In this document: piece by piece, positions 15,202 to 20,000 of the stretch
How the letters are laid out: each line of letters starts with the position of its first letter
Position numbering within the stretch: position 1 is the stretch's first letter
From: an uncultured virus (IMG/VR IMGVR_UViG_2898748948_000001)
Taxonomy: Duplodnaviria > Heunggongvirae > Uroviricota > Caudoviricetes
Strand: one strand, 5' to 3'
Length of the DNA: 20,000 nt
Virus record (IMG/VR): IMGVR_UViG_2898748948_000001
Notes under the pieces: model-generated
Databases searched by the model: none
Told to the model about the DNA's origin: nothing
Seen by the model: only the letters and a program-made list of their open reading frames with translations
Program-made: the position numbers and the translations under genes

Positions 15202-16077
15202 ATGACCCCCTCGATTCAAACCATCTCCCCGTTGCGTCAGCGCATGCTCGACGACATGCGAATGCGCAAGCTGCAGCCTCGTACGCAGGAAGCCTATATC
15301 CGTGCTGTGCGCAATCTGGCCGCCTACCTAAAGCGCTCGCCTGACACCGCCACCGTCGAGGATTTGCGCAACTTCCAGCTGCATTTGGTGGATGCAGGAT
15401 CATCACCCACCACACTGAACGCCACGCTCACAGGTCTGAAGTTCTTCTTTGACGTGACGCTCGGTCACATTGAGCTGATGGCCAAGATGCAGCCTGTGAA
15501 GTTGCCTAGAACCTTGCCTGTGGTTCTCAGCAGCAAGGAAGTCTCACGCCTGCTGGCAGCGGCCTACAACATCAAGCACCAAGTGGCTCTGTCTGTGGCC
15601 TATGGCGCAGGTTTGCGTGCCAGCGAAGTGGTGCACTTGCGGGTCACGGATGTGGATAGCCAGCGCATGACCTTGCGCATCGAGCAAGGCAAGGGGGCCA
15701 AGGATCGCTATGCCATGCTCAGCCCCGTTGTTCTGCAGCGCCTGCGCACATGGTGGCATCTGGCACATGCCCAGGGCAAGATGTTGCCCGGTGGATGGCT
15801 GTTTCCGGGTATGACGGCCCTGGAGCCCCTGACGATTCGCCAGCTCAATCGTGCCGTTCATGCTGCCGCCGAAGCGGCAGGCATCGACAAACGCGTCACG
15901 ACGCACACCCTGCGCCATAGCTTTGCCACACATCTGCTGGAGCGCAAGGTCGATATCCGTGTGATTCAGGTTCTGCTGGGTCACCAGAAGCTGGAGACTA
16001 CTTCGATCTATGCCCATGTGGCGACCGATCTGCTGCGTGATGTGATCGGCCCACTGGAGCCAATGCAAACAAGCTGA
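15202..16077 (+). CDS. Tyrosine recombinase (XerD/IntI-like, SAM-like N-terminal domain)
   Basis: AGGAG RBS; GAGLRASE, GKGAKDR, HTLRHSFATH, LGH and IYAHV motifs. Confidence 0.93.
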   Translation: MTPSIQTISPLRQRMLDDMRMRKLQPRTQEAYIRAVRNLAAYLKRSPDTATVEDLRNFQLHLVDAGSSPTTLNATLTGLKFFFDVTLGHIELMAKMQPVKLPRTLPVVLSSKEVSRLLAAAYNIKHQVALSVAYGAGLRASEVVHLRVTDVDSQRMTLRIEQGKGAKDRYAMLSPVVLQRLRTWWHLAHAQGKMLPGGWLFPGMTALEPLTIRQLNRAVHAAAEAAGIDKRVTTHTLRHSFATHLLERKVDIRVIQVLLGHQKLETTSIYAHVATDLLRDVIGPLEPMQTS

Positions 16078-16086
16078 GAGGCACTC

Positions 16087-17283
16087 GTGCAGCGGCCCTC
16101 CTTGGAGGTTGCCGACATCTTTCTTCAACATGGCGCAGCCTGGCGTGAGAGCCAGCGTGGCCACCTGAGCCTGTCTCAGCTCAAGGTGATGTCGGCCATT
16201 GAACAGTGCCGTACAGCGGCACTGGGTGGTCATGTTTTGCGCTGCGAAGGCTGCGCAGCAGAGCAAGTTTCCTATAACTCCTGCCGTAACCGCCACTGCC
16301 CCAAGTGCCAGAGTGCAGCCGCCAAGCGCTGGCTGGATGCCCGTCAGACTGATCTGCTGCCCGTGGAGTATTACCACGTGGTCTTCACCTTGCCTGCACC
16401 GATTGCCGATCTGGCTTACCAGAACAAGGCTGAACTCTATGGGTTGCTGTTTGATGTCGCTGCCGAGGTATTGCAAACCATCGCTGCAGACCCCAAGCAC
16501 CTTGGAGCTCGTATTGGGGCTACCTTGGTACTGCACACCTGGGGTTCTGCCTTGACCCATCACCCCCATGTGCACGGGATCGTGCCTGGTGGTGGTTTGG
16601 CGGATGAGGGGCGACGCTGGAAGGCTTGCCGGCCTGGGTTCTTCCTGCCAGTGCGCGTGCTGTCCCGGCTGATGCGTAGGCGCTTTCTTGAAGAACTGCT
16701 GCGCCTTCATCAAACGGGCGGGCTCAGGTTCTTTGGAGCACTGGCTGGTCTGGCCGACGCAGGGCACTTCAGGCAATGGCTAGCCCCCATGCGTCAATGT
16801 GAATGGGTGGTTTACGCCAAGCGTCCATTTGCAGGGCCGCAGGCGGTACTGGCCTATCTCTCCCGCTACACGCACCGTGTCGCCATCTCCAACAGCCGGT
16901 TGATTGCCATGGATGCGCACGGGGTGAGCTTGCGCTGGAAGGACTACCGGGCCAAGGGCCGCACACGCCACAAGACTATGACCTTGGCTCCCGAAGAGTT
17001 CATGCGCCGATTCTTGTTGCATGTGCTGCCCTGCGGCTTCCACCGCATCAGGCACTATGGTTTGCTGGCCAACGGTGCTCGCAAGAGCTGTCTGTCTTTG
17101 GCGCGTGAGCTGCTGCAAGTCGCACCAGCACAGGCCGCGAGCGACACCGAGAAGTCTGTGCAAACGGTTATGTCAGAGAGGAAGACAACACCTGTATTTT
17201 TCTGCTGGCATTGCGGCAAAGCCCTGAGCGTCTTGCAAGGCTTTGTGCGTGGGCAAGCCATCCGTGCACCACCAGCATCATGA
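16087..17283 (+). CDS. IS91-family rolling-circle (Y2 HUH) transposase
   Basis: Zn-binding CEGC..SCRNRHCPKC, HVVFTLP, HUH motif HPHVH, YLSRY two-tyrosine motif, FHRIRHYG. Confidence 0.93.
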   Translation: MQRPSLEVADIFLQHGAAWRESQRGHLSLSQLKVMSAIEQCRTAALGGHVLRCEGCAAEQVSYNSCRNRHCPKCQSAAAKRWLDARQTDLLPVEYYHVVFTLPAPIADLAYQNKAELYGLLFDVAAEVLQTIAADPKHLGARIGATLVLHTWGSALTHHPHVHGIVPGGGLADEGRRWKACRPGFFLPVRVLSRLMRRRFLEELLRLHQTGGLRFFGALAGLADAGHFRQWLAPMRQCEWVVYAKRPFAGPQAVLAYLSRYTHRVAISNSRLIAMDAHGVSLRWKDYRAKGRTRHKTMTLAPEEFMRRFLLHVLPCGFHRIRHYGLLANGARKSCLSLARELLQVAPAQAASDTEKSVQTVMSERKTTPVFFCWHCGKALSVLQGFVRGQAIRAPPAS

Positions 17284-17841
17284 GCACCGCACCTTCAAAC
17301 CTCAAAGCGATGTCGATGTCCACCAGCAACTCGACGGAGGAAGCGCACGCCTGTTTGCGGCACGTGTGGAGTTACGGATGCCATGGAGGCTGCCTAGAGG
17401 TGCAACAGCCATATGGCGGGCTGCACTTGGCTTATTACCAGGCTGAATCTTTGCTCTTGAGCATGCTGAGCGTCTGGGTAGCTGCACTCCGGATCGCAGA
17501 AGTCAGACTCAAATCCCCATAGCGTTTGCGCCCGGAACACCAACATAGGCGTGTTCCGCGGTTTCCACCATCGAGGCTTGTGCGACACCTGCCCTCAGGC
17601 AGGGTTGATCGTCGCGTGGGGGTGTCGTTCCGGGCAGGTATCCCACAACCCTAAACTGATTGAGTCGTTCGCGCTTCAGGCCTTAGGCGACCGCTCCTGC
17701 CAAGAGCAGCCGTTGAGCCCCGCTGGCCTAACCGACAGCTAGTCGTTCCAGTCCAATGTCGTGGGCCGACGAGCAACAATAGTTAGGATCGACTTGCGTA
17801 CATGTAGAGTCGCGACCACTACATTCAAGGGAGGCACGAAG

Positions 17842-19113
17842 ATGGATAACCTATTTGCCAATCGGACGGTGCACAGGGACTTCCTGATCAACGAACTTAC
17901 TCGGCGAGATGTTCAGGGTTGTGACGTCTTCATTGCCGTAGCGTTCTTCACTGAAACCAATGTTGTCCAAAAACTTCTAGACCACGGCTGCAAGGTTTGG
18001 CTGGTGGTAAGGCTGGGCTTTCCGACCTGTCCTGCTGCTGTCGAGTGGGCGATGAGCCACCCGAATGTCCAACTTCGCGTCTATACGGCGCGTTCATTCC
18101 ATCCAAAACTCTATCTTTTCGGCGATAACAAGGCGTTGGTGGGGTCGGCCAACCTAACAAGAGCGGCCATCACAGCGAATCAAGAAATCGTAGTGGGACT
18201 TGACGATAGTGACGAACGTTTGCCTGAGCTCGCAGCGATATTCCAAGACTACTGGGAAAGCGCTGACGTTCCCACAGGCGAAATGTTGGCACAGTACAGG
18301 ATGTTGTACCGCAAGTACGAGCAGCACAGCAACGCTGCAGAATTGCTTGCTGACGAGGTTGCAGAGTTGCTCGGCAAGACCGCACCGAACAACATCGCCC
18401 GCGGACAGCCAAAGCCCAGGTCCGATTCTCTCTTTCGTTCAAGCTTTCGAAAGTCCTACCAAGAGTGCGTGTCGGCATTCAGCATTGTGCGAGATGCATA
18501 CGCAGCGAGCGGCTATAGGAAGGTCAGCGAGCAGGACGTTCCACTCCGTCTTGAGGTTGACTCCTTCATGAGTTTCATTCGGCAAAAACACGCCACCGGG
18601 GAGTCTTGGCAGCAGTCCCCCTACCGAACCGTCGAGGAGCAGCGAACCATCTTGCGACCACTCATTGACGAGTGGTCATCTATACCATGGCCTTACTTCG
18701 AGAACACCATCGTCGGCGAGACCTATCCACGCCTGCAGCGCGTATTCAAGTCAAAGGAGACAATTCTCGCGGCCTCGGACGATGACCTGTTTGACGCCCT
18801 ATCCACTCTGCACAGTTTCGGCGACCGCCTCCGCTTCTATCGCGGCGGGAAAGAAACTTGGAGAGATGAGTTCATCAATAGCAACGACCCCGAACGCGCC
18901 AGAGAGGCGCTTGCGCATTTGGTGTTCGGGCGTGGGGACGTAGTAGACAGGATGGCTGATGCTGTCAATGGCGACGGCAAGATTAAGGCTTTCGGTAAGG
19001 CCAACGTTCAGGAACTCATCGGCTGGTGCAACAAGGAAGAACTCCCCATCCTTAATAGCCGAACGACAAAAGTGCTGCGCTACTTGGGATCCAGAGTTCG
19101 ACAGATCCACTGA
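17842..19113 (+). CDS. PLD-superfamily (NgoFVII/BfiI-like) nuclease with C-terminal helical domain; putative defence protein
   Basis: GGGAGG RBS; IAVAFFT, HPKLYLF, VGSANLT..AITANQE PLD-nuclease motifs. Confidence 0.8.
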   Translation: MDNLFANRTVHRDFLINELTRRDVQGCDVFIAVAFFTETNVVQKLLDHGCKVWLVVRLGFPTCPAAVEWAMSHPNVQLRVYTARSFHPKLYLFGDNKALVGSANLTRAAITANQEIVVGLDDSDERLPELAAIFQDYWESADVPTGEMLAQYRMLYRKYEQHSNAAELLADEVAELLGKTAPNNIARGQPKPRSDSLFRSSFRKSYQECVSAFSIVRDAYAASGYRKVSEQDVPLRLEVDSFMSFIRQKHATGESWQQSPYRTVEEQRTILRPLIDEWSSIPWPYFENTIVGETYPRLQRVFKSKETILAASDDDLFDALSTLHSFGDRLRFYRGGKETWRDEFINSNDPERAREALAHLVFGRGDVVDRMADAVNGDGKIKAFGKANVQELIGWCNKEELPILNSRTTKVLRYLGSRVRQIH

Positions 19114-19350
19114 CCTGCCACTGCGTAGCGGTATCAGTTGTGCGACTGTCCTGATTGATTTCTAAAAGGCAAGAAGTTCGGTTCATCTTCGCTGTGCTTG
19201 TCGATCGGACCAAGTGTTTTCAAGCTGATCATGACGGCATCCGCATCCGCGAACGATGCGATTCGGGATACGGCCCGATAGCAGGGGGCAGTGTTGGCTT
19301 CTGTCGCGTTGATTACGACCGGCAGCGATCGCTGCAAAGCAGAAGTAGGC

Positions 19351-19882
19351 TGTTAATTTCCACCCAGAAGTGACCCACTAGCCCCCGGTGGGGAAGCGGA
19401 CAAAAACTTGGACTACCAGGAGGTAGTTCATGTACTCATACGCAGACAGGATTCGTGCAGTTGAGATTTACATCAAGCTTGGCTTGCGTGTCAGAGCCAC
19501 GATTCGCCAGTTGGGATATCCAACCAAGAACGCATTGAAAGGCTGGTATCAGCAGTACCTGAAGCATCAGGATTTGCCTGCAAACCAAACGCCAAGAGCA
19601 CCGAAATATTCGCTACAGCAAAGACAGGTGGCGGTTGCTCATTACCTCGCCCACGATCGCTGTATTGCCGCCACGATGAGGGTTTTGGGTTACCCGGGTC
19701 GAGGAACGTTGACTGCGTGGGTTCGGCAAGACTGCCCTGAGGTCAGTAAATCGATGGTCGGCAGGCCTTGGCCGACTACAAAGCCTGATGCTTTGATGTG
19801 TGAGGGCGTGGTGCAACTGTGTGCCCGCCAATCAAGTGCACAGGAGATTGCGGACAAGTTAGGGGTATGCCGGGGAACCTTG
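19351..19882 (+). mobile_element. IS3-family element, left part, interrupted
   Basis: Begins TGTTAATTTCCACCCAGAAGTGACCCA (IR-like) and is followed by a transposase N-terminus. Confidence 0.75.
19430..19882 (+). pseudogene. IS3-family transposase, disrupted by a nested IS
   Basis: MYSYADRIRAVEIYIKLG...LGYPTKNALKGW HTH repeats; breaks off in the third HTH at LGVCRGTL. Confidence 0.75.
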
Positions 19883-20000
19883 TGGAGCGGCCCCATTGAT
19901 CTGAGGACAGGTAAACCCTCTTAACCTAAGAGGTAGTCTTGTGACTGTATTTATGCCTAGTCCTAAAAATCTAACGAACGTAGAGGTGCTGGGGCCGCAG
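19883..20000 (+). mobile_element. IS2-like (IS3 family) element, left end and start of orfA (partial)
   Basis: TGGAGCGGCCCC end resembles IS2 TGGATTTGCCCC; ORF from 19941/19953 reads ...NVEVLGPQ, like IS2 OrfA. Confidence 0.65.

Larger units (their letters stand above)
15084..17656 (+). mobile_element. IS91-family element of the tyrosine-recombinase-carrying type
   Basis: Two-gene operon; CTAAAC at 15087-15092 and 17651-17656, each associated with a hairpin; boundaries inferred. Confidence 0.7.

Noticed and set aside
15202..16077. Integron integrase (intI)
   Set aside because: Lacks the IntI-specific insertion before the HxLRH box; it is co-oriented and coupled with an IS91 transposase; no canonical attC array seen
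15544..16776. 410-aa minus-strand ORF
   Set aside because: Antisense shadow of the recombinase and transposase genes

Overview
Two adjacent mobile regions from what looks like a betaproteobacterium (Comamonadaceae-like; inference). Positions 1-~14760 are the early half of a lambdoid prophage. Leftward it carries cro, a cII-position gene, an antirepressor, an O-like replication gene with iterons, a P-position gene and a DUF1064 nuclease. cI is flanked by two triple-operator sets. The long rightward pL-type operon carries a structured leader, a DUF4258/HTH toxin-antitoxin pair, an ~600 nt array of stem-loop modules (two copies show covarying kissing loops), a stand-alone BLUF photoreceptor, rdgC, a membrane diguanylate cyclase, a Lar-like gene, xis and int. 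The prophage ends at a damaged tmRNA (ssrA) 3' fragment. To its right is a second island: a tyrosine recombinase plus IS91-family (Y2 HUH) transposase element bounded by CTAAAC-containing hairpin ends, a PLD-nuclease putative defence gene, and an IS3-family element interrupted by an IS2-like element. Most worth following up: the non-coding RNA array/leader in a terminator-rich operon with no recognisable N gene, the recombinase + rolling-circle element with hairpin ends, and the phage-borne BLUF + diguanylate cyclase pair.
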